Shown here one piece after another: positions 21,530 through 31,053 of a DNA stretch of 64,000 bases. The stretch is from an uncultured Nitrospiraceae bacterium (GTDB lineage Bacteria; Nitrospirota; Nitrospiria; Nitrospirales; Nitrospiraceae), in the NCBI GenBank assembly GCA_963730935.1, contig CAVSTP010000004.1, positions 672,001-736,000 on the forward strand. Reading direction: 5' to 3'. A program made the translations under genes and the position numbers. Below the pieces are notes generated by a model. That model ran no database searches. It was not told where the DNA came from and worked only from the letters and a program-made list of their open reading frames with translations. The stretch's first letter is position 1; every line of letters begins with the position of its first letter.

Positions 21530-22786
21530 ATGCGCGGTCAGATCGTCGTCACCGGATTAGGGGTGATCAGCCCGATCGGTATCGGGGTGAGCGAATTCTG
21601 GAAAGCGGCTCTGGACGGCCGTTCAGGAGTGTCCGCGATCGCGGGCTTCGACCCGTTTCCCATGGACGGCTACCGCTCGAAGGTCGCAGGCCAGATTCAC
21701 GGCTTCTCCCCCGAGCGGTATCTCGATAGTGTCCAAGCCGAACGTGTGGACCGGTATGCGCAGTTTGCGCTGGTCGCCGCCAAAGAAGCACTGGCGGACT
21801 CTGGCCTGCAGCTGGCCAAAGAAAATCCCCGCCGGATCGGAGTCATCGTCGGTGCCGGGATGGGCGGTATGGTCATGGGCGAACGGGAAATCACCCAACT
21901 GTACGAATCCCAGCGTCCGCACCGCGTTCATCCGAATTTCATTCCCGTCATTACGCTGAATTCCGCGTCAGGCATTGTCGCCATGGCCCACGGGGCCAAG
22001 GGACCGAACTACACAATCTCGACCGCCTGCTCTTCGAGCGCTCACGCCTTGGGGCAAGCCATGCAGTGCATCAGAGAGGGTCGTGCCGACGTGGTGATCA
22101 CCGTCGGTGCCGATGCCAGCATCACGCCGCTGGTGTTTGCGGGCTTCTGCTCCCTGCGCGCGCTCTCGACCAAATACAACGATCAACCCGAACGAGCCTC
22201 GCGTCCCTTCGACCGTTCGCGTGACGGATTCGTGATGGGGGAAGGCGCCGGCGCTCTCGTGTTGGAATCCTCCGCCCATGCAAAAAAGCGAAAAGCGCGC
22301 ATTTACGCAGAAGTGGCCGGCTACGCCGCAACCAGCGAGGCCTATCATATGGTCATCCCGCGGGAAGACGGCGAAGAAATCGCTGCCACGATGCGCCTCG
22401 CCATGGCCGACGCAGGCATTGCGGCATCGCAGATCGATTACATCAACGCCCATGCGACGTCCACGTCGATCGGTGATGCGGTGGAAGCCAAAGCCATCCG
22501 CCAGGTCTTCCGATCACGTGCAGACAAGATTGCGGTCAGCGCCACCAAGTCGCTTATCGGCCATACCTTGGGAGCGGCGGGCGCGATCGGGGGCGTTGCC
22601 ACCGTGCTGGCCATCCATACGGGGCAGATCCATCCGACTGCCAATTTTGAGGAACCGGATCCGGCCTGCGCCTTGCGGGGCCTCAGTGCCTCCGTGCAGG
22701 AACGGAAAGTCAAGGCAGCGCTGCTCAACGCGTTTGGTTTCGGCAGCAACAACGCCGCCGTCGTCATCAAGCGTTATGCAGCCTGA
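21530..22786 (+). CDS. fabF: Beta-ketoacyl-ACP synthase II
   Basis: TACSSS, NAHATST, KSLIGH, NAFGFG motifs. Confidence 0.92.
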   Translation: MRGQIVVTGLGVISPIGIGVSEFWKAALDGRSGVSAIAGFDPFPMDGYRSKVAGQIHGFSPERYLDSVQAERVDRYAQFALVAAKEALADSGLQLAKENPRRIGVIVGAGMGGMVMGEREITQLYESQRPHRVHPNFIPVITLNSASGIVAMAHGAKGPNYTISTACSSSAHALGQAMQCIREGRADVVITVGADASITPLVFAGFCSLRALSTKYNDQPERASRPFDRSRDGFVMGEGAGALVLESSAHAKKRKARIYAEVAGYAATSEAYHMVIPREDGEEIAATMRLAMADAGIAASQIDYINAHATSTSIGDAVEAKAIRQVFRSRADKIAVSATKSLIGHTLGAAGAIGGVATVLAIHTGQIHPTANFEEPDPACALRGLSASVQERKVKAALLNAFGFGSNNAAVVIKRYAA

Positions 22787-22828
22787 CCCGTCGCCCAGAC
22801 GGAACCCCTCCGCCAAGGACGTTGCCGC

Positions 22829-23131
22829 ATGAGCGACCCAAACGTAACCCAAAAGATTGTCGCCGCACTCGCCGACTATCTGAAGCGAGATCCCAAGACG
22901 ATCCAGCCGGACCTCCATTTGCGCGACGATCTGGGCCTCGACTCTATGGCGGTGATCGAGCTGTTGTACAAAATCGAAGAAACCTTCGATCTTCAAATCC
23001 CGGATCAGGACTTAGTCAGGCTTTCGACGGTCGGAGCCGTGGCCAAGTACGTCGATCAACGCCTGGCACCTGTCAAACGGACGGCGGGCGCCACCCGAAA
23101 CCCACCCGCCAAAGGGAAGAAGAAGACCTAA
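22829..23131 (+). CDS. Acyl carrier protein with Lys-rich C-terminal tail
   Basis: DLGLDSM phosphopantetheine site; EETFDLQIPD. Confidence 0.9.
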   Translation: MSDPNVTQKIVAALADYLKRDPKTIQPDLHLRDDLGLDSMAVIELLYKIEETFDLQIPDQDLVRLSTVGAVAKYVDQRLAPVKRTAGATRNPPAKGKKKT

Positions 23132-23137
23132 GCCGCT

Positions 23138-24232
23138 ATGGGATCGCTCTCGGCGCCTATCAGTCTCACCCTCGCACAGATCCATCAACTGGTCGGCGGC
23201 ACGCTCCACGGCAATGGCGCCGCCGTCCTGTCGTCGCTCTCAAGCCTGAACGATGCGACGCCGCAAGCGCTCGCATTTCTTGCGAGCGACCACGCCGCAA
23301 AAATACCTGGCGGCATCAAGGCGGGCGCACTCCTCGTCCATCGGCATTTTCCCGACCTCGCGATCCCGCAGCTCGTGGTGCCGAATCCCCTCCTCGCCTT
23401 TGCGCAAGTGGCCCAAACGTTTTTTGTCCGGCTGCCGGCGACGCGTGGGATCGCGGCAGAAGTGACCAAAGGCGCCGGGGTTCGCATCGGAGACGATCCG
23501 TCCATCTGGCCCTTCGTCACATTGGGAGACCGCGTCACGATCGGGGCGAGAGTCACGCTCTATCCCGGTGTGTATATCGGAGCCGATTCATCGGTGGGCG
23601 ATGACAGCGTGCTCTATCCGAACGTGGTGGTTCGAGAGGGCTGTTCGATCGGCGCTCGGGTGATCATCCACGGCGGGACCGTGATTGGAGCGGATGGGTT
23701 CGGGTACGTGCAACACGAAGGCCGGCATCATAAGATCCCCCAGCTCGGCGGGGTGACGATCGAGGACGACGTGGAGTTGGGAGCCAACGTGACGATCGAT
23801 CGGGCCACGCTCGGGCACACCGTCGTCAAGCAAGGCACGAAGATCGACAATCTCGTGCAGATCGCGCACAACGTCACCGTGGGGGAACACGACATCATCG
23901 TGGCCCAGGTCGGCGTCGCCGGCAGCACGACGATCGGCCATCACGTCATGATCGGCGGACAGGCCGGACTGGCGGATCATCTCACGATCGGCAACCAGGC
24001 GATGATTGCCGCGCGGGCGGGAGTGAACCGCAGTGTGGAGGCCAATCAGATCGTGTCAGGTGCGCCTATTATGCCGCATGAAACCTGGATGAAGGCCCAA
24101 GCCGTCATTCCCCGGCTGCCTGAGCTGCGACAGTTGGTGCGCGATCTCGCGCAGCGAGTAGAACGCCTTGAGGCCGCGCTCAAGAGTGCGAAGACGGGAA
24201 AACAGCCGCGGAAGAAATCCGGCCGGAAATGA
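23138..24232 (+). CDS. lpxD: UDP-3-O-acyl-glucosamine N-acyltransferase
   Basis: Hexapeptide repeats; DGFGY, KIPQ.G.V, KIDNLVQIAHN. Confidence 0.95.
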   Translation: MGSLSAPISLTLAQIHQLVGGTLHGNGAAVLSSLSSLNDATPQALAFLASDHAAKIPGGIKAGALLVHRHFPDLAIPQLVVPNPLLAFAQVAQTFFVRLPATRGIAAEVTKGAGVRIGDDPSIWPFVTLGDRVTIGARVTLYPGVYIGADSSVGDDSVLYPNVVVREGCSIGARVIIHGGTVIGADGFGYVQHEGRHHKIPQLGGVTIEDDVELGANVTIDRATLGHTVVKQGTKIDNLVQIAHNVTVGEHDIIVAQVGVAGSTTIGHHVMIGGQAGLADHLTIGNQAMIAARAGVNRSVEANQIVSGAPIMPHETWMKAQAVIPRLPELRQLVRDLAQRVERLEAALKSAKTGKQPRKKSGRK

Positions 24233-24244
24233 TCGCTTGCCGTT

Positions 24245-24781
24245 TCACTTGACCACCCCGCGCCAAAAGACCAGCTTGCTCCAATAAAACCCGGCCCACG
24301 GCATGAGCAGCGCCGGGACGGCGTCCATCGATCCGTAGATGATGGCCCACAGGGAGCCCCCCAGTACAAGAGCGACTCCGGCCAGATAGCCCATGGGTAC
24401 CAGCTTGCGCCCTCGATGCTCGATCGGAGGAATCACCGGTTCAGGCTTGGCTTTCCGCTGCGTGCGTTGCACCGCCGTCCGCATGCGCGCGGCAAACACA
24501 CCGGGAACCGTTTCAAGCAGATAGCGATGATAGCGTGTTTGCAGCCAGCCGATGAGTGCGCCCAACACGAGGAGCGCCGAACTGGTTGCAAATGTCGTCC
24601 AGGTGTATGTCTCGGAGGCGACGAGCTGATAGCCGAGCGTGCCGATTCCACCGAGCATGCAGATCAGCCCCAGGAAACCGGAGGGCAGAAGAATATAGGT
24701 CCGGACGTAATGGCGCGCCTGCGTCTGGATGTCCTCGTTGCGCCACGCTTTGACGAGTTTGGCCATCGACACCTTCCCCAT
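24245..24781 (-). CDS. Hypothetical membrane protein
   Basis: About 4 hydrophobic segments. Confidence 0.7.
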   Translation of the reverse strand: MGKVSMAKLVKAWRNEDIQTQARHYVRTYILLPSGFLGLICMLGGIGTLGYQLVASETYTWTTFATSSALLVLGALIGWLQTRYHRYLLETVPGVFAARMRTAVQRTQRKAKPEPVIPPIEHRGRKLVPMGYLAGVALVLGGSLWAIIYGSMDAVPALLMPWAGFYWSKLVFWRGVVK

Positions 24782-24890
24782 TGGCTCGTAGGGTCGGCAT
24801 CATAACACTGTTCCCCGCGTGAAGCATTTGGCCGCTCACTAGAGGCTACAGGCACACGATACATGAACTCTGTCGCGTCGCAATCTTTCT

Positions 24891-25280
24891 TCACTCGACA
24901 AGCGCGCGGAGGGACTGTACGCGCGCCACATCATCAACTGGCATCAAGGACTGAAACTGGCTTTGCGCGCCAAGCGCGAACGCCGACCTCCCGCTTTCGC
25001 TCACACCCAATAAGGAACTCAAAGACGCGAGGTATTCTCCGCGCCCGTTGGCGATGTCTTGTTCCAAATTCGACTGATTGTATGCGGCAAACGCGATGAC
25101 CTTGTGTTCGGATTTCAACAGACCATCGTCATTCCACCACGTTCGACCGGACGTCGAGACGGTCACGTTGGTTGTCGAATCCAAGATTTCTTGGATGGTA
25201 CCCGTAATGGTGCAGCCGGTCAGGACACTGACCGCAAGGCTTAGAAGCGTCAACAATCTATATGGCATTGTTGTTGGCAT
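24891..25280 (-). CDS. DUF3015-like lipoprotein
   Basis: LTGC lipobox; NLEQDIANGRGEYLASL motif; GGAGG RBS. Confidence 0.7.
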   Translation of the reverse strand: MPTTMPYRLLTLLSLAVSVLTGCTITGTIQEILDSTTNVTVSTSGRTWWNDDGLLKSEHKVIAFAAYNQSNLEQDIANGRGEYLASLSSLLGVSESGRSAFALGAQSQFQSLMPVDDVARVQSLRALVE

Positions 25281-25462
25281 GTGGGACCTCCTTAGGGAGT
25301 GGATATAGCCCTCCTTACTGACGATAGCACAGAACTTTGCTCGCACACCTGAGGAGGACACTAGGCAGAGCATCGCGCTATGCCCGGCGGCCTAGACGAG
25401 GTGATGGCGCTACTGTGGCTGGAGGTGATTGGTGAATCGTCTTACGTCAGGCGAGATCGATG

Positions 25463-27562
25463 TCAGACGGCCGGCAAGATTTCGGCGATCGCCGCCCGCT
25501 CGACGCGTCCGATGCTGACCCATTGTTCGGCCATAGGCACCAGCGCTTGAATGCGACTGTCCACCGCTTTGAGCCGTTGAGCCAGCGTCGTGTTTTTCCG
25601 ATAGGCGGCGACCATGAGAAACGCTCGGAGGCCTTGGAGAAACATGGTGATCATGCCGGCCTGCACCGCCTCGGACGCGTCATGCAGGGCTTCCACCTGT
25701 TCGATGATGGGAGCCACTTGCGAGGACGTGACAAAGTCCGCTGTTCCGGCTTGTTGCAGATCCCCGAGGATTTGGCTCACGACCGGGATCCGCCGGCTGA
25801 CCTCCTCGACAAAACGTTCGTCCATCCGGTCGAGTTCGTCCAAGATGCGCCGGATCCCGTCCACCGAGATGTCCGCGCCCTCCTGCTCCGCCCGAAAAAT
25901 GACGGCGTCGAGCACGTCACGAGCCGGTTGCACCGATCGTGACCGGACGTGTTGGAGATCGCGCAACGCGGTCAGCAAGGAAGTGCCGGACGTCAGCTGG
26001 ATGGAGGCCACTGGAGGTTCCGCCTTGAATACAGGAGTTTCCATGGCTTCCAATGTTTCCGAAGGCTCGTCAGGCCTTCCCTCCGCAACACGGACCGCCG
26101 CACTGATCCGTTGGAGTCCCGACTGGAGAGCGGCCAACGCCGCGGCCATTGCCCTGGGGTCCTGCCGTCCGACATCGTGAAGAGTCGGCAACAGCTTCAA
26201 CACCATCTCTTCAATCGATGTCAGATGCACTGTGGCCGCGGATCGGCCGAGATTGGTGAGACCTTGCAGCATGATGCCGTACAATTTGGACTTGGCGGGC
26301 CCATTCGCCCCTTCTCCGAGCCGCTTCACAGCAGCATGAATCTGTGCCAGCCACTCATGCGCCTCCAGCGCAAACAGGCCGACCACCTCTCGTTCGAAAC
26401 TGGCATCGACGGTGTCTTGAGTTGTCGGACCCCCCGCGGCCCAGCTGTCGGACTGGGGCCCGACATCCGAGGTTCCGGCCGTAGACCGGGATTCGACCAC
26501 ACCCTGAATGGCGCTGGCCAACGCATCCAGGTTTTCCAGCAATGAGGCAAATTGATCCGAGACGGTCGGCACCTGCCTCGACCGCCGATCTGACGGGAGT
26601 CCGGATGTAAAAGAGACCCTTGCGACATCCGGAGATTCCACCGTTTCTATAATGGAGACGAGAGGCGACGAACTCAGATCAATTTCCCGCTTCTCCTGTC
26701 TACTGTCGAACTCAACCGCGACAATCGGACGCAGCGGGAATTCGACGTTGGTGCCGACAACGGATCCGACCTCTCCGGTCGTGAGCCGGACCAGTGTTCC
26801 CAATGGATATGCTGACAATTGTTCAACTAATGCTTTTACAATCTCGCGGGGAAAGGCCGACCGTTCTGCAACCAGCAGCTCACGAACGGCCTCATGAGGG
26901 AAAAATCGGCGGCGATACGGACGCGGCGTCACCAGGGCATCGAACACATCCACCGCACCGATGATTTGAGCCATTTCATGAATGTCCCGACCCTTGAGCC
27001 GGTTGGGATAGCCTCGTCCGTTCCATCGTTCGTGGGCCTGACGAACGACCTTCGCCAGCCATTCCCATTTCGGTCCTAGCTTGTGGACCAACTGATAGCC
27101 CAACTCTGGATGCTGCTCGATCAAGGTCCGTTCCTCGTGAGTCAGACGACCGGACTTCGTCACGACCGATGGAGGGACGGCGAAGAGGCCGATGTCGTGC
27201 ACAAGGCCGGCCAAAGTGAGTCGTTCAAGTTCCTGTCCGTAGTAGCCCAAGCCGGAACCAACCTTCGTGGCCAAGATGCTCACGTTGATCAGATTGGTGA
27301 TCAATGTGGATCCGCTCGGTCCCGCCAAGGCCTGGACGACGAGTTGATCGTTACGGCCGATCGACTCGGCGATGTCCTTCGCCAGCGCCGACACCACAGC
27401 CATGTCCAAGGGATCCTGGCGTTGGATCGTCGATGCCAAGGAGGTTAATTCCTGCTCGGCCCGCCGGTAGACATCTGTCGCTCGTCGTTCTTCCATTGCT
27501 TCGTATCGCTTTATCTGCAACGCATGTGCACTCGCTCCAGCATGCAATCGACCGGAAGGCAT
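25463..27562 (-). CDS. HD-GYP domain protein fused to C-terminal pseudo-Hpt repeats
   Basis: HDIG, HERWNGRGYP, DVFDAL..RPYR; C-terminal LFALEAHEWL Hpt-like helices; start could be 27496. Confidence 0.85.
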   Translation of the reverse strand: MPSGRLHAGASAHALQIKRYEAMEERRATDVYRRAEQELTSLASTIQRQDPLDMAVVSALAKDIAESIGRNDQLVVQALAGPSGSTLITNLINVSILATKVGSGLGYYGQELERLTLAGLVHDIGLFAVPPSVVTKSGRLTHEERTLIEQHPELGYQLVHKLGPKWEWLAKVVRQAHERWNGRGYPNRLKGRDIHEMAQIIGAVDVFDALVTPRPYRRRFFPHEAVRELLVAERSAFPREIVKALVEQLSAYPLGTLVRLTTGEVGSVVGTNVEFPLRPIVAVEFDSRQEKREIDLSSSPLVSIIETVESPDVARVSFTSGLPSDRRSRQVPTVSDQFASLLENLDALASAIQGVVESRSTAGTSDVGPQSDSWAAGGPTTQDTVDASFEREVVGLFALEAHEWLAQIHAAVKRLGEGANGPAKSKLYGIMLQGLTNLGRSAATVHLTSIEEMVLKLLPTLHDVGRQDPRAMAAALAALQSGLQRISAAVRVAEGRPDEPSETLEAMETPVFKAEPPVASIQLTSGTSLLTALRDLQHVRSRSVQPARDVLDAVIFRAEQEGADISVDGIRRILDELDRMDERFVEEVSRRIPVVSQILGDLQQAGTADFVTSSQVAPIIEQVEALHDASEAVQAGMITMFLQGLRAFLMVAAYRKNTTLAQRLKAVDSRIQALVPMAEQWVSIGRVERAAIAEILPAV

Positions 27563-27590
27563 GCCAAGGCGGAGCGGCGACCGAGTGCGG

Positions 27591-28523
27591 TCATCGCGCT
27601 GGAAGTGCCTGCCCGATGGCCGTTCGCTCGGCCCTGCCGTGTTCGACCCACAGATGGATCAACTCCCGGATGGCGGCCAGCCGACCAATCACCGCCTGCA
27701 CGCGGGTGCCGGCGAGTCGCACGCGGTGCTGGGCAACCACCGACAAGAGACTTTGCAATCCGCCGAAGAAGGTCATGGCCGGCGTCACATTGACCTGCTG
27801 CGCTTCAGCGCGTAACTGCTCTACTTCTTGGAGGGATGCCTCCAAGGCCTCGCCGGGAACCCCAGGGTCGGCGGCCAAGGCGGTCAGCTTCGCCGTCAGG
27901 CCGGGCATCTGAGCATCGACGACCTGGACAAAGGCCTCTTCGGACGCCGCCATGCGGTCGAGGTACCCCTGAATGACATCGACGCCGACTTGCTGCACGC
28001 CGGCCTGTACCTGTCCTTCCATCTGATCGATCAGGGTCTTGATCAGATTTCGTTCCATCGGACCCGCCGTAGGCGCCTGCGTCGACTGGAGTGTACGGAG
28101 TGTGTCGAGGAATTCCGCCGGGGACACCGCGGGCGCGGCCTCCACGGCTTCCGTCTCGGCCACTGATTCGAAGGACACGCCCGTGGCGTTCGTCAATGCC
28201 GTATGGATCTGTCCGAGCTGTTTACAGAGGGAGAGGAAATGTTGCACGGAAAATGACTTCGTCGGATCCTTGATCGCCTCGATGAAGGGCAGCGCGGCGA
28301 AACTGGCCTGTTCCACGTCAGGGAGATTGATGGTGGCAGCGGATCCCCCGAGATTGGTGACTCCGGCCGTGAGGGTTCCGATCAGCGCGGCATGGCGTTC
28401 TGGCGGCGGCCCCTGCTGCAGTTCGTCCAGCGCCACATGAATGTTCTGCAGCCATTCGTGCGCCTCCTGGACAAAGAGATCGACGAGCTCTTTTTGAAAT
28501 TCATCTGACGTATCGCCCGACAT
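27591..28523 (-). CDS. Tandem pseudo-Hpt domain protein
   Basis: ELVDLFVQEAHEWL...VTNLGGSAAT, with no His at the H-box. Confidence 0.75.
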   Translation of the reverse strand: MSGDTSDEFQKELVDLFVQEAHEWLQNIHVALDELQQGPPPERHAALIGTLTAGVTNLGGSAATINLPDVEQASFAALPFIEAIKDPTKSFSVQHFLSLCKQLGQIHTALTNATGVSFESVAETEAVEAAPAVSPAEFLDTLRTLQSTQAPTAGPMERNLIKTLIDQMEGQVQAGVQQVGVDVIQGYLDRMAASEEAFVQVVDAQMPGLTAKLTALAADPGVPGEALEASLQEVEQLRAEAQQVNVTPAMTFFGGLQSLLSVVAQHRVRLAGTRVQAVIGRLAAIRELIHLWVEHGRAERTAIGQALPAR

Positions 28524-28658
28524 GCATTCACTCCCTCACTGCGGCAGGACGCCATGGAAAAGCCGTTGCGCTGAGCGGTCGGTCGCCTGCGGGTGTGCAA
28601 GGGAGAATCACCGGCGGATCACATCGAGGCCCGCATGAGCCGGACGAGTACTGACGCA

Positions 28659-30014
28659 TCAGGCCCGCTTGGACCCGCCCCCGAGCTGGGATGCCAAGCC
28701 CGCAATCTCGCCCAACTTCTTGGCCATTTCCTCGAACCGCTTGGTGGCCTGCTGCGCAGCCATCTCGGTTTCTGAGACGCGGCGGGCGAGGACCGAGTTG
28801 CGTTCCCGCTCGGTTTCCAAGAGCTGTTGGATTTCCTTCGCTTTTCCGCCGCTGCTCTCGGTGTCGGCCAGGCGACGGGTGAGCTCTTCTACACGCTGTT
28901 GTTCGCGGGAATACTGATGGGCTAACTCTTGCGAGCGACTCACCGCCTTCTCCATCGCCGTCATTTGTTGCACCAACTGCGTCGCCGCTTGGCGCTCGGC
29001 ATTCAAGGCGGCCTCCAGTTCCTGCACCCGGCCGACGGATTTCTGCAGCTCGTTCATGCGCTGTATCTGCTGCGCCGTCAACGCCCGTTCTTTCTGCAGC
29101 ACGCCCTCCAACTCCTGCGCGCGAGCAGCCTGGCTTTGTAACTCCGCGGCGAGCTTCTTGGATTGCGCCGCCTGTTCCCGCTCGTTCTTCCAGAGCGTTT
29201 CCAGCTCTTTCAGCCGTTGAGTGGCGTTGGCGAGTTCGTTCGCGGCCTTTTTCCCTTGTGCGGCCTGCTCGCGTTCGATGGCCAGCAACGATTCCAGCTC
29301 TTTGACACGCCCAGCCTGTACTTCCAGCTCTTTGAGGCGTCCCGACTGGGCTTCCAGTTCCTTGATCCGGCCTGCCTGGACCTCGAGGTCTTTGACCCGC
29401 GCGGCTTGGGTCTCCAGGTCTTTGACGCGACCGGCTTGATCCTCGAGTTGAGACAGACGTTGCGTCAATTGCGCCGTTTGACGACGTTCCTTTTCTAGCT
29501 CCGCTTCGACCTGTTTGAGTTTCTCGAGCGTCTGGCGAGAGAGATCCGTCGGCTCTGATGGAATCGCAACGCTGGGCGCGGGAGCCGGCGGAGCCGCAGG
29601 CGCAGAGGCGGGTTTGGCAGAAGCAGGAGCAGCGGCCGCTGCCTGTTGCTTCTTGCTCAGGAGCTCCAACACCCGGTCTTTGAGCGACGTGCCTTGGAAC
29701 GGCTTTTTCAGTACGCCGTCTGCGTGACACGACTCGGCCTGCTTGGTGACTTCGTCATTGACGATGCCGGAAATCAGCAGCACCGGCGTCTTCGCCAGGG
29801 CGGCCTGTCCGCGCACGAACGCGCAGACTTCATACCCGCTCTTGTCCGGCATGATGACGTCGGACACGATGAGGTCGGGGGCCTCTTTCGCGAGGAAGGC
29901 CAAGGCCTCTTCGCCGTTGGCCGCCAATGTCACGCCTAACCCGGCCTCCGTCAGCAGCCGTTCGGCAACCTTGCGAACGGCAATGCTATCGTCTGCGACC
30001 AGGATCTTCGGCAT
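28659..30014 (-). CDS. Response regulator receiver fused to a long coiled coil
   Basis: ADDS, DVIMP, KKPF receiver; Ala/Pro linker; about 290 aa of coiled-coil-like sequence. Confidence 0.88.
   Translation of the reverse strand: MPKILVADDSIAVRKVAERLLTEAGLGVTLAANGEEALAFLAKEAPDLIVSDVIMPDKSGYEVCAFVRGQAALAKTPVLLISGIVNDEVTKQAESCHADGVLKKPFQGTSLKDRVLELLSKKQQAAAAAPASAKPASAPAAPPAPAPSVAIPSEPTDLSRQTLEKLKQVEAELEKERRQTAQLTQRLSQLEDQAGRVKDLETQAARVKDLEVQAGRIKELEAQSGRLKELEVQAGRVKELESLLAIEREQAAQGKKAANELANATQRLKELETLWKNEREQAAQSKKLAAELQSQAARAQELEGVLQKERALTAQQIQRMNELQKSVGRVQELEAALNAERQAATQLVQQMTAMEKAVSRSQELAHQYSREQQRVEELTRRLADTESSGGKAKEIQQLLETERERNSVLARRVSETEMAAQQATKRFEEMAKKLGEIAGLASQLGGGSKRA
29291..29450 (-). 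repeat. 30-bp (10-aa) tandem repeat, about 5 copies
   Basis: RVKDLETQAA RVKDLEVQAG RIKELEAQSG RLKELEVQAG RVKELESLLA. Confidence 0.85.
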
Positions 30015-30038
30015 GTATTATTCCTTTCTCTCAACACC

Positions 30039-30506
30039 TTATGACCGGAGGTGGTCCTGGCGATTGCGCCCCAGCCGTTGGAGCGCGACAATATCGATCT
30101 CTTGTCCTTCATCGGTGAAACTTCCCAGCGTTTCCAGGTCCAGGCGCTTGCTCGGCACGATGTGAGCGACATCCACATTGTGCAGCGAGGGAATGACGCC
30201 ATCGATGCAAATTGCCATGGGACCGTCGACATGACGCGCCACCAGACACAAGAGCGGATCGCCTTCGAGCTCCCGGCTGAGCCGGGTCGCCAAGTCATAG
30301 ACCGGCATCACGTCTTTTTCGCGTTTGAGCATGGCTCCGACAAACGGCGTACGGCTCGGGACCGGCACCGGATCGATCCATGCCGACACGCCGCCGACAT
30401 CCTCGGTGCGTGCCGCGAGTTTCTTCCCCCCGACGGAAAACACGACCACGTTCCATGATCGCTTGGCGCTGACCGCCTGGTCTTGTTGATGGGTTGCACG
30501 TAACAT
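30039..30506 (-). CDS. CheW-like protein
   Basis: VVFSVGG...PVPVP..PFVGA...VMPVYDL. Confidence 0.75.
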   Translation of the reverse strand: MLRATHQQDQAVSAKRSWNVVVFSVGGKKLAARTEDVGGVSAWIDPVPVPSRTPFVGAMLKREKDVMPVYDLATRLSRELEGDPLLCLVARHVDGPMAICIDGVIPSLHNVDVAHIVPSKRLDLETLGSFTDEGQEIDIVALQRLGRNRQDHLRS

Positions 30507-30513
30507 GCTGCAC

Positions 30514-30999
30514 CTACGGAGCTGACAAGGCGGTCGGCCGGCCGGTGCCGACGACTTCGCCCAACTCGCCTAAGACCCATTCCGGGCTGAGAATCAGCAC
30601 CAGATGATCGCGGTAATTGGTCGTCCCGGAAATCCAGGTGCGTTCTTCCTTCTGGAAGTGGGACGGAAGCGGTCGGCATTCCGCGCGTTCCACCTCGATC
30701 ATGCCGATGACTTCCTCGACGCGCACGGCGCCGTGGGTCTGGCTGTTCGAGTAGAGGACGACCCGCATGTCCGGATTGGATGTATCCAGCGCGGTGCCCA
30801 ACCGGCCGGCTAAATCCACGTCCTCGTACGTGACGCCGACCAACGTGACCCGGCCTGCCCTGCCCGCCTCTTGTGGTGTGAGCACACCCCGTACACCCTG
30901 AGACGGCAAGGCGCACCACTGTTTGCCGAAGCGCACGACCAGCAATCTGGCCGTCTGCACGACGGCAGTCGTTACCTTATGATGGCCTCGCAAACTCAT
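30514..30999 (-). CDS. CheW-like protein (divergent)
   Basis: LLVVRFG..WCALP..V; GAVRVEEV; LVLILSP. Confidence 0.7.
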   Translation of the reverse strand: MSLRGHHKVTTAVVQTARLLVVRFGKQWCALPSQGVRGVLTPQEAGRAGRVTLVGVTYEDVDLAGRLGTALDTSNPDMRVVLYSNSQTHGAVRVEEVIGMIEVERAECRPLPSHFQKEERTWISGTTNYRDHLVLILSPEWVLGELGEVVGTGRPTALSAP

Positions 31000-31053
31000 T
31001 CGAATCTCAATGCCCTTGCCGGCGCATCGGACGGTCCGAGGCCCACGGAAGCC

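Noticed and set aside
28524..28658. Possible c-di-GMP riboswitch inside or upstream of the chemosensory operon (38200-38600 also checked)
   Set aside because: No GEMM consensus elements found by eye
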